From an uncultured bacterium (GTDB lineage Bacteria; Acidobacteriota; Thermoanaerobaculia; Multivoradales; J023), in the NCBI GenBank assembly GCA_965366625.1, contig CBDUGP010000024.1:3767-67766 (forward strand): a stretch of 64,000 bases of DNA. The letters are read 5' to 3'. Positions 28,218-36,517 of this stretch are shown in pieces. The notes beneath the pieces were generated by a model that did not search any database, had not been told where the DNA came from, and saw only the letters and a list, made by a program, of their open reading frames with translations. Each line of letters begins with the position of its first letter. Position 1 is the stretch's first letter. Both the position numbers and the translations under genes were made by a program.

Positions 28218-30563
28218 ATGACCGTTCGATTCGAGATCCGGAATCAGCCCCTGGGGCTCGTCGCATGGATGGCTTGCGCCCTGTGCCTGACTTTCTACGC
28301 TTTCCCGGTCGTGGCCGAGACCCCCGGAGTTGGGGATGTCGCCGGCAACGGCAACATCCAGGCGGACGAGGCTGTCGCGATCGCCGACAACGAGACCGAC
28401 AACGAGACCGACAACGAGACCGACAACGAGACCGAGGTTTCGACAGCCCGGGACGAGGTGATCTACGAGCGGGTGACGGTGGTCGGAAATGCTGAGAAGG
28501 CGGCGAGGATTCCCGGCTCGGTCCACGTGATCGGCGCGTTGGACTTAGCCAAATTCCGCTATGAGGACGTGCACCGGATCTTGCGTCAAGTGCCCGGGGT
28601 CAACATCCAAGAAGAGGACGGTTACGGCTTGCGACCCAACATCGGTATGCGCGGGACCGGTGTGGAGCGCAGCCAAAAGGTGACCCTGCTCGAAGACGGC
28701 GTGTTGATCGCTCCGGCCCCTTATTCGGCGCCGTCGGCCTATTACAGCCCGACCGCAGGGCGGATGGAGGCCTTGGAGGTGCGCAAGGGTTCGTCGTCGA
28801 TCCGTCAGGGCCCCCAAACCAACGGCGGCGTGGTCAATTACGTTTCGACCGCCATCCCCGGAGACCGGCGAATCTCCCTCGACCTCTCCGGCGGCACCGA
28901 CAACACCTTCAAGCTCAAGGGAAGCGCCGGCCTTTCGACCGAGCGATTCGGATTCTTGGTGGAGGCCTACCAGCACAGCACCGACGGCTTCAAAGCGTTG
29001 GACGGCGGTGGCGACACGGGATTCGAACTCGAGGACTACCTGACCAAGTTGCGCTGGACCTCGGCACCGGAGGCTCTGATTTTCCAAAGCCTGGAGCTCA
29101 AGCTCGGCCACACGGAGCAAAGAGGTGACGAAACCTACCTGGGTTTGACCTCGGCAGATTTCGAGGTCACCCCTTTTCGGCGTTATGCCGGCTCCCAGGA
29201 AGATCGGATCGACACCGATCACGACAGCTTTTCTTTGGCGTGGACCTTGATTCCGCGGCAGGACTTTGAGGTCACCACCACGGTTTATCGCAACGAATTT
29301 TTCCGCAATTGGTATAAGAACGAGTCGACCCTGGGCGTGGGAAACTCCAATATTTTGGGCTCGCCGGACCTCTACTCCGACGCCTTGGCCGTGCTGCGCG
29401 GTGAGGTGAATAGCGTTGACGATGCCCTCAAGCTGCGCAACAACCGTCGCGAATATTATTCCCAGGGCATCCAAACCACCCTCGGTTGGCGGCCGAACGC
29501 CCACCACGACGTGGAGGTGGGAATCCGGGTGCACGAAGACGAGGAAGATCGTCTGCAAGAAGAAGACGGTTATGCCATGCGCGACGGTCGTTTGGTGCTG
29601 ACCAGCTTCGGCGTTTCCGGCAGCCAAGCCAATCGCGTGGCGACGGCCGAAGCGGTGGCGATTTTCGTGCAAGACGAGATTACCTTCGGCAAGCTCAAGT
29701 TGGTTCCCGGGCTGCGTTACGAGACCGTGGACACGGAACGGCGGGACTACGGGCGATCCGATGCCGAGCGCACCGGTGCGGATCTCCAATTCCGCAACAA
29801 CTCCTTCGATGCGTGGATGCCTGGTCTCGGGATCCACTACGAGGTGGGTCATGGTTGGGGTCTGTTCGGCGGTGTGCATCGCGGATACGCACCGCCCAGC
29901 CCGTCGAGCACCGATGAAGTGGAACCCGAGGATAGTGTCAATTGGGAACTCGGTACCCGATTCCAAAAAGGCGACACCCAGCTCGAGCTGGTCGGTTTCT
30001 TCAGCGACTACTCCAACCTCCTCGGCGCCGACACCTTCTCCGGCGGCGGCACGGGAACCGGTGATCAATTCAATGGCGGTGATGTGGACGTGATGGGTTT
30101 GGAGGCGGGTTGGCGTCGCGTGGTCGGACGTGGGGACGGCTGGCAGTTGCCGTTGAACGTCACCTACACCTACACCCAGGGCGAGTTCCGTTCCAATTTC
30201 GCCACCAGCTTCGCCGATTGGGCCCCGGAGGTTTCCGTGGGCGACGAGCTGCCCTACCTGCCGGAGCATCAGCTCTATGTGGAACTCGGAATCCAGACGG
30301 ACCGCTGGAGCGTGTTTGCCAACGCTGGATATGTGTCGGAAATGCGCACCACCGCCGGTCAGGGTGCCATCGCCCCGGACGAGCGCATCGAGGACCATTT
30401 GGTTTTCGATTTGGGGGCCACCTGGCAAGTTTCCGATCGTTACGGTTTCGTGCTCAACGTCCGCAACCTGACGGACGAGGTCTATGTGGCGGCACGTCGG
30501 CCCTACGGTCTGCGTCCTGGAATCTCTCGCCAAACCACGGCGGGCATCAAGCTACGCTTCTGA
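28218..30563 (+). CDS. TonB-dependent outer-membrane receptor with an N-terminal (DNET)4 repeat extension
   Basis: Signal peptide, plug region and a C-terminal '...AGIKLRF' ending in Phe. Confidence 0.85.
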   Translation: MTVRFEIRNQPLGLVAWMACALCLTFYAFPVVAETPGVGDVAGNGNIQADEAVAIADNETDNETDNETDNETEVSTARDEVIYERVTVVGNAEKAARIPGSVHVIGALDLAKFRYEDVHRILRQVPGVNIQEEDGYGLRPNIGMRGTGVERSQKVTLLEDGVLIAPAPYSAPSAYYSPTAGRMEALEVRKGSSSIRQGPQTNGGVVNYVSTAIPGDRRISLDLSGGTDNTFKLKGSAGLSTERFGFLVEAYQHSTDGFKALDGGGDTGFELEDYLTKLRWTSAPEALIFQSLELKLGHTEQRGDETYLGLTSADFEVTPFRRYAGSQEDRIDTDHDSFSLAWTLIPRQDFEVTTTVYRNEFFRNWYKNESTLGVGNSNILGSPDLYSDALAVLRGEVNSVDDALKLRNNRREYYSQGIQTTLGWRPNAHHDVEVGIRVHEDEEDRLQEEDGYAMRDGRLVLTSFGVSGSQANRVATAEAVAIFVQDEITFGKLKLVPGLRYETVDTERRDYGRSDAERTGADLQFRNNSFDAWMPGLGIHYEVGHGWGLFGGVHRGYAPPSPSSTDEVEPEDSVNWELGTRFQKGDTQLELVGFFSDYSNLLGADTFSGGGTGTGDQFNGGDVDVMGLEAGWRRVVGRGDGWQLPLNVTYTYTQGEFRSNFATSFADWAPEVSVGDELPYLPEHQLYVELGIQTDRWSVFANAGYVSEMRTTAGQGAIAPDERIEDHLVFDLGATWQVSDRYGFVLNVRNLTDEVYVAARRPYGLRPGISRQTTAGIKLRF
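28386..28433 (+). repeat. Perfect 12-bp x4 tandem repeat (gacaacgagacc) inside the TBDR N-terminal extension
   Basis: Seen directly. It encodes DNETDNETDNETDNET. Confidence 0.9.
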
Positions 30564-30921
30564 CGGCACATCTAATCGTGGCGTTTTAGGATTCCGCAAA
30601 CTATTGATTGTAAACGGCTTGATGTAAGGGAGGGGCTTGTCCCCTCCCGCTCTTCCTTAAGAAGCGGCTCGGCTTCGCCTCGCCCGGGGGGGCAAGCCCG
30701 GCCCCTACCTCCGGGGGTTTGCGGGCGTAGCCCGCTAAGTGATCTTGTAGTCAGGCCTAGGCATTTTTTCTGTAGCCCCGCTGGGACGATCCGCGTCCCC
30801 GTGGGGCTGTTTGGTTGAATCTCTTTAAACTCTATGTCGTTTGATCCGTATCTCTAACGTTCAGCAGATGCTTTGCCGTTTTTTTTGGATTGCCTCAACA
30901 GCGCCCTTCTGGGGAGCAGAT

Positions 30922-33900
30922 ATGGGAGTGCCTCTCATCAGCACGGTGCAAGCGACCCCCGGTTCCGGGTCCGAGCCAAGGATCGTCTCGGATGCGGATC
31001 ATTTCCTCGGCACGGATCGATTCCTGATCCAGAGGCGTCTCGGTGCGGGCGCTTTTGGTGTGGTTTATGAGGCTTATGATCGCCGCGAAAACGCGTTGGT
31101 GGCCCTAAAAGTCCTGCGTTTGGCTGAAGCCGATGCTCTCTATCGCTTCAAAAAGGATTTCCGTTCGCTGGCGGATATTCGTCACCCCAATTTGGTCGCA
31201 TTCTACGAGCTGATGAACCACGACGATTTGTGGTTCTTCTCCATGGAGCTGATTCCCGGGGTTCCCTTCGACGAAGCCCTGCGCGCGGGCCTCAAACCCG
31301 GTGAACAACCCGACTTCGAGCGCGTGCGGTCGGTGACGGCCCAATTGGCCAAGGGTCTGCAGACCGTGCACGACCACGGCAAGGTGCATCGGGATATCAA
31401 ACCCCCCAACGTGCTCGTCACCCCGGAAGATCGAGTCAAGCTTTTGGATTTCGGCCTGGTGGCCGAGCTGACCCAGGGACACTCCGCCGAGGTCGAGCAT
31501 CAAATGGTCGGCACACCGGCCTATATGTCCCCCGAGCAGGCCAATGGCCATGTGGGCAATCCGAGCAGCGATTGGTACAGCGTCGGTGTCATGCTCTATC
31601 AGGCCCTGCTCGGCCAATTGCCTTTCGAAGGCTCTTTGATGAAGATTCTGACCGCGAAGCAGGACGGCGTCGCGCCGGACGCCATCCGCAGCCGCCTGCC
31701 GGAGGTGCCCGAGGATCTCGAACAGGTGTGTTTGGGTTTCCTCGAAACCGACCCGGTCGAACGGCTCACGGGGCCCAGCGCTTTGTCGATTCTCGGGGGC
31801 CGCCTGACCGCCACCTCAAGCTTCAAAGCGGTTGAGATCGACATTCCTTTTGTCGGCCGGGAAAGACCCTTGGCCGAACTCGATGACGCTTTGGAAGCGA
31901 GCCGAGACAAAGCCGTGGTGGTCACGGTTCGCGGTCCCTCCGGCATGGGTAAATCTGCTCTGGTGGCGCGCTTTACGGATCGAGTCCTCGAGCGAGATCC
32001 CCAAGCGGTGGTGTTGTCGGGTCGTTGTTATGTCCAGGAATCCGTGCCTTATAAGGCGATCGACAATTTGATCGACGCCCTGTCACGATTTCTGATGAGC
32101 CTGCCGGCCCAGGAAGCCGAGGTGTTATTGCCCACCCACATCGCAGCCTTGGCTCGACTCTTCCCGGTTTTAGCCCGAGTGCCTTCCGTGGCGCGGGCAC
32201 CCACCACCCGTGAAAACCACCTGGTGGAGCCCCAGATCTTGCGACGTCGAGCCTTTGCCGCCCTGCGCGAGCTGTTGTCGAGACTGGCGGTCCGCCGGAC
32301 CTTGGTGTTGGTGATCGACGATCTGCAATGGGGGGATTTGGACAGCGCCATGTTGCTCGACGAGCTGTTGAAGGCTGCCGACACCTTGCCGCTGTTATTG
32401 ATCGGCTGTTATCGGAGCGAGAACGAACACAACAGCTCGTTTTTGCGTGCCCTTTCGGAGCAGCGGCGAGCTTTTGCATGGCGCGGTGTCGACATGCGCG
32501 AGATTCAGCTCGGCGAGCTTTCCAACCATGAGGCGCGCGAGCTGGTCCAACGGCTGGGCGGCATCGCCGACGCCCAGGCCGATGAGCTGCTATCGGACGC
32601 CGAAGGCAGTCCGCTGTTTTTGTCGGAGCTGGCTCGGGTGGCGGGCCGGCAAGCTTCTGCCGGTTTCGAGCAAAGCGGCGATTCGGCCTCCAAAGTCAAC
32701 GATCTGATCCGTTTGCGGGTCGGCCGGGTGTCACCGGAAGCCAAGGCGTTGTTGGAGGTGGTCGCGATCGCGGGCCAGCCGTTGGCCTTGGAGATCGCTC
32801 GCCAGGCAGCGGGTTTGGAGAGCGGCGGAATTTCGGCCGTGTCGGAGCTGCGGCAAGAACGTTTGGTTCGCCTGTTGGACTCCTCCGAGCAGGAGGTGGA
32901 GACTTATCACGACCGCATCCGAGAAGCCTTGACGGAGCTGATGAGCGAGGATCAGCTGCGCGCCCTGCACGGTCGTTTGGCGGAAGCCTTGGAATCGTCG
33001 GGACGAGCGGATCCCGAGACCTTGGCAATGCACTTTCAGGCCACGGAAGAGGTCCAGCGGGCGAGCCGTTACGCGGTATCGGCCGCAGAACGGGCGGAAG
33101 AGGCCCTGGCCTTCGATCGCGCCGCTCGTCTTTATGAACTCGCCCTGGAGCTCGGCCCCTTGGATCCGCAACGTCGCAGCGATCTGCAAGTGCGGCTCGG
33201 CGAGGCGCTGGGCAATGCCGGGCGCAGCCGAGACGCGGCCGAGACCCTGCTGGCGGCCGTGGGTTCGGGCATCGTCGATCCCCTCGAAGCCCAACGGTCC
33301 GCCGCCGAGAAATTGTTGATCAGCGGCCATATCGATCGTGGCCTAGCGGTTTTGCGTCATGTGTTGCGCACGGTCGATTTGGAACTCGAGCCCCGGCCGT
33401 GGAAATCACTGCTGAGCCTTTGGTGGTGGCGGCTGCGTTTGCGGCTACGGGGTTTCGATTTCAAGGAAAAAGCCGAGCAGAAGGTGGATACCGAAGCTTT
33501 GCGCCGCATCGACGTGTGTTGGTCGGTGGTCATCGGCCTATGTCTGGTGGACGTGCTGCGGGCGTCGGAATTCCATGTTCGTCACCTTTGGTTGGCGCTC
33601 GAGGAGGGAGAGCCCCAACGGGTCGCGCGCGGATTGGCCATGGAGGTTTTCTTCGGCTCCATGGAAGGGTCCGGCGGCCTTGCCGCCCTCGATCGAGCCC
33701 GGGAGTTGGCCGGCAAGGTGGAAGGGCGATACGCCGCGAGCTTGACCGAGATGGCAGCGGGCATGTTGGCGTGCTCCAAAGGCGAGTGGCGTGACGCCCA
33801 GCGTCGGCTGTCGCGAGCGGAAATGCATTTGCGCGAGAATCGGCGGGGGGTGACCTGGGAACTCGATACGGTGCGTCAATTTCGCGCCGTGGCGCTGCTC

Positions 33901-34647
33901 AATTTAGGGCGCTGGAGCGAGCTTTTCTTGGAGCTGCCGACCTTGCTCGAACAGGCGAAGGAGCAGGAAGACCTCTACCTTGAAACCCATTTGCACCATT
34001 GGGTCGAGAGCATCAAAGACCTGGTGGAAGACCGTCCGGCGGAGGCGGCGGAGGCTGCTGAAAGTGGGTCGGAAAATTGGTCTCAACAAGGATTCCACTA
34101 CCAACACTTCGGCCATTTGAGTGCCCAAACCCAAGTCTCCCTCTACCGGGGCAAGGGGATCGAGGCCTGGCAGCGCATCGACGCCCGTTGGGTTGAGCTC
34201 ACGGCGTCGATGATCCAGCGGATCGAAATGGTCTGGGTCCAAAGCCACGATTTACGAGGACGGTCCGCCCTGGCCGCCGCGGCAGAGCTTCAAGCGGGAG
34301 GGCGCCTCGCGGAGATGCGTCCGCTGTTGAAGCAAGCGAGCGCCGACGCGCGACGTCTGGACCGCATGGGCACCGCTTGGCCGCTGGCCCTGGCGTCGGC
34401 GTTGAGGGCCGGGGTGGCGTCCCTACGCGGCGAGCCCAACGCGGCTTTGGAGGCGCTGGCGGTCGCGGAAGCAGCGTTCGAATCCGCCGACATGGCGATT
34501 CATGCAGCTGCCGTCCAACGCCATCGCGCCTTGGTCGAAGGGGACGCGCGCGAAATCGAAGCCGCCGACCAAGTGATGGTCGGCGCCGGTATCGCCCGCC
34601 CGGATCGTTTTGCCTTCATGCTTTCCCCCGGCCATTGGGCCCGATAA
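30922..34647 (+). CDS. PknK-like STAND Ser/Thr protein kinase (kinase + P-loop NTPase + TPR/helical sensor region)
   Basis: Kinase motifs 'LGAGAFGVVYEA', 'ALKVL', 'HRDIKPPNVLV' and 'DFGL'. Walker A 'GPSGMGKSAL' and Walker B 'LVLVIDDLQWGD'. A long Leu/Ala-rich helical C-terminus. The ATG at 30922 has a GGGGAG RBS. The longest ORF begins with a TTG at 30841. Confidence 0.8.
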   Translation: MGVPLISTVQATPGSGSEPRIVSDADHFLGTDRFLIQRRLGAGAFGVVYEAYDRRENALVALKVLRLAEADALYRFKKDFRSLADIRHPNLVAFYELMNHDDLWFFSMELIPGVPFDEALRAGLKPGEQPDFERVRSVTAQLAKGLQTVHDHGKVHRDIKPPNVLVTPEDRVKLLDFGLVAELTQGHSAEVEHQMVGTPAYMSPEQANGHVGNPSSDWYSVGVMLYQALLGQLPFEGSLMKILTAKQDGVAPDAIRSRLPEVPEDLEQVCLGFLETDPVERLTGPSALSILGGRLTATSSFKAVEIDIPFVGRERPLAELDDALEASRDKAVVVTVRGPSGMGKSALVARFTDRVLERDPQAVVLSGRCYVQESVPYKAIDNLIDALSRFLMSLPAQEAEVLLPTHIAALARLFPVLARVPSVARAPTTRENHLVEPQILRRRAFAALRELLSRLAVRRTLVLVIDDLQWGDLDSAMLLDELLKAADTLPLLLIGCYRSENEHNSSFLRALSEQRRAFAWRGVDMREIQLGELSNHEARELVQRLGGIADAQADELLSDAEGSPLFLSELARVAGRQASAGFEQSGDSASKVNDLIRLRVGRVSPEAKALLEVVAIAGQPLALEIARQAAGLESGGISAVSELRQERLVRLLDSSEQEVETYHDRIREALTELMSEDQLRALHGRLAEALESSGRADPETLAMHFQATEEVQRASRYAVSAAERAEEALAFDRAARLYELALELGPLDPQRRSDLQVRLGEALGNAGRSRDAAETLLAAVGSGIVDPLEAQRSAAEKLLISGHIDRGLAVLRHVLRTVDLELEPRPWKSLLSLWWWRLRLRLRGFDFKEKAEQKVDTEALRRIDVCWSVVIGLCLVDVLRASEFHVRHLWLALEEGEPQRVARGLAMEVFFGSMEGSGGLAALDRARELAGKVEGRYAASLTEMAAGMLACSKGEWRDAQRRLSRAEMHLRENRRGVTWELDTVRQFRAVALLNLGRWSELFLELPTLLEQAKEQEDLYLETHLHHWVESIKDLVEDRPAEAAEAAESGSENWSQQGFHYQHFGHLSAQTQVSLYRGKGIEAWQRIDARWVELTASMIQRIEMVWVQSHDLRGRSALAAAAELQAGGRLAEMRPLLKQASADARRLDRMGTAWPLALASALRAGVASLRGEPNAALEALAVAEAAFESADMAIHAAAVQRHRALVEGDAREIEAADQVMVGAGIARPDRFAFMLSPGHWAR

Positions 34648-34801
34648 CAGGCTGTGGCGGAAGTCTCGCGCCGGCGCGAACGGGCGAGATCCCATACAAT
34701 GTCGGACTGAACCTTGAACATAGAGTCGGGCTGAGATTCGTGAGGTCGAGTCTCGCCGGTCTTTTCTACGGACCTCCCCGGTCCGTTGCGCGCGGGAGAG
34801 C

Positions 34802-36190
34802 ATGGGAGCCTTCTACAACAGCATTTGCCTACCCGGCGGCGAGCCCGCCGAGATCCGTCATGCGTTGGAGCGTTGGCTCTTGGGCCGCGGATACCGCCGT
34901 TCCCAGGAAGCGGTGCTCTTCGACCTGGACGGTGACTCTGAGCGCAGTGTTTTCCTGGTTTGGAACGATCGCTGGACGATCGTCTATTTTAGCCATTGGG
35001 ACGAAGAACGTCGCCTGATCCGCGAGCTCCAAACCGAGCAATTCCCCTTGACCTACGTCTGGGTTTACGACAGCGATGTGTGGGGTTTCGACCTCTTCGA
35101 CGCCCACGGATTCGTCGGCTCGTTTTCCTCCGATCCCAAAGACCACCAGAGCTTCGCCGACGAGATGGTGCCCGGTGAGCAGCGTCCGCCGGTGGATCCC
35201 GCGGCCATGATCGAGCTGTTGAATTTGGACCCGCAGCTAGCGTCCAAGATCACGGCGACGATGAAGAAGGTAAGCCCGTTTCAAGAGGAAATCTGCCGTG
35301 AGTTGTGTGCTTTGCTCGAGATCGAGCCGGCCGCAGCGAGCTATGACGACCTCGAATCCGGCAAGCTCGAAAGGGTGCTCGAAGGCTGGAATAAGGACCA
35401 ATGGGTCTATTTTCACTACCACCGGGCCGTGGAAACCATTGAGGGGGACCTGGACTTGCACGGGGTGGAAATCGATGGCGCGCCACCCCCGGGCTGGGAA
35501 GAGCAGGCCACCCAACAAGTTCGTTTGTCTCCGGAGCTGCAAGCGGAAATGGAGCAAATGCGGCGTCGGGCACGCTTCATGTTCTTCGTCGTACGGCCGA
35601 TCTCTTGGTTGGCCCGGGCTTGGCGCCGACTTTACGAACTGAGCTTTCTTCGACTGGCTCCCAAACCCGCGCCCGAGCCCGAGCGACGGTCCCCGGTTTC
35701 CATCGAACGGACGGCCACCGCCACCCGGCACGAAGTGCGTAATTTTCGCCACGGAGTTCGGATCCTCTTGCCGGCCGGTGTCGAACCCCTTGAGGTCTCG
35801 GGCAAACCCGCGACGGTATTTTCATTTCGTTGTGGGGATACCGCGGTGATGTGCACGGCCCGGCGATTGCGGCATTTGTGGGAGGTGCTCCGCCCTCCTG
35901 CTTTGTCGAAAGTATTACGGCACGAGAAATACAAAGTCGGCCCGCTGCTGGCCCGCCACGTGCTGTTCGAGTTGCCGCCGTCACGCTTCGCCCCCGGTCC
36001 GGATCAACGTTATCTGGCCCTGCACGTGGTGCAGACTTACCGCGCGCTCTATGTTTTCCTCTATCGCTTTAAGGGCAAGATCCAACCCGAGGTGGAGGAG
36101 CTGATCCGCACCGCGGTTTCGAGCTTCCGGGAAGACGAACCCGTGCCCGGCGCCGTGCGACGGCGAGCCCCGGGGCTAGCGACCCGCTGA
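34802..36190 (+). CDS. Hypothetical protein (462 aa), co-directional with the STAND kinase
   Basis: A long ORF with normal codon usage. No domain recognised. Confidence 0.5.
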   Translation: MGAFYNSICLPGGEPAEIRHALERWLLGRGYRRSQEAVLFDLDGDSERSVFLVWNDRWTIVYFSHWDEERRLIRELQTEQFPLTYVWVYDSDVWGFDLFDAHGFVGSFSSDPKDHQSFADEMVPGEQRPPVDPAAMIELLNLDPQLASKITATMKKVSPFQEEICRELCALLEIEPAAASYDDLESGKLERVLEGWNKDQWVYFHYHRAVETIEGDLDLHGVEIDGAPPPGWEEQATQQVRLSPELQAEMEQMRRRARFMFFVVRPISWLARAWRRLYELSFLRLAPKPAPEPERRSPVSIERTATATRHEVRNFRHGVRILLPAGVEPLEVSGKPATVFSFRCGDTAVMCTARRLRHLWEVLRPPALSKVLRHEKYKVGPLLARHVLFELPPSRFAPGPDQRYLALHVVQTYRALYVFLYRFKGKIQPEVEELIRTAVSSFREDEPVPGAVRRRAPGLATR

Positions 36191-36251
36191 GCCCGGCGTC
36201 GATGCCGCTGGCATGGGAGTTGTTTTCGCGGTGTCGTTGGCGGTCGAAACA

Positions 36252-36493
36252 GCAAGCCACGGGCTGGGCGCCACGGGCTGAAGCCCGAGGCTACATTTGC
36301 CTTGCCCCTGCGGGGCGGCCCGGAAGGAAAGGCAAGCCACGGAACAAATTCCGAGGCTGGGCGCCCCCGGCTACCTTTGCCTTGCCCCTGCGGGGCGGCC
36401 CGGAAGGAAAGGCAAGCCACGGAACAAATTCCGAGGCTGGGCGCCCCCGGCTACCTTTGCCTTGCCCCTGCGGGGCGGCCCGGAAGGAAAGGC
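36252..36493. repeat. About 3 copies of an 80-bp tandem repeat with an internal GC hairpin, between convergent genes
   Basis: Unit 'ctacctttgccttgcccctgcggggcggcccggaaggaaaggcaagccacggaacaaattccgaggctgggcgcccccgg'. Two perfect copies plus one degenerate. Confidence 0.85.
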
Positions 36494-36517
36494 TGCAGAG
36501 CCGTCCTGCTGAGTCTG

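Noticed and set aside
36252-36493. Possible CRISPR array
   Set aside because: The repeats are directly adjacent, 80-bp units with no unique spacers. No cas genes are present.
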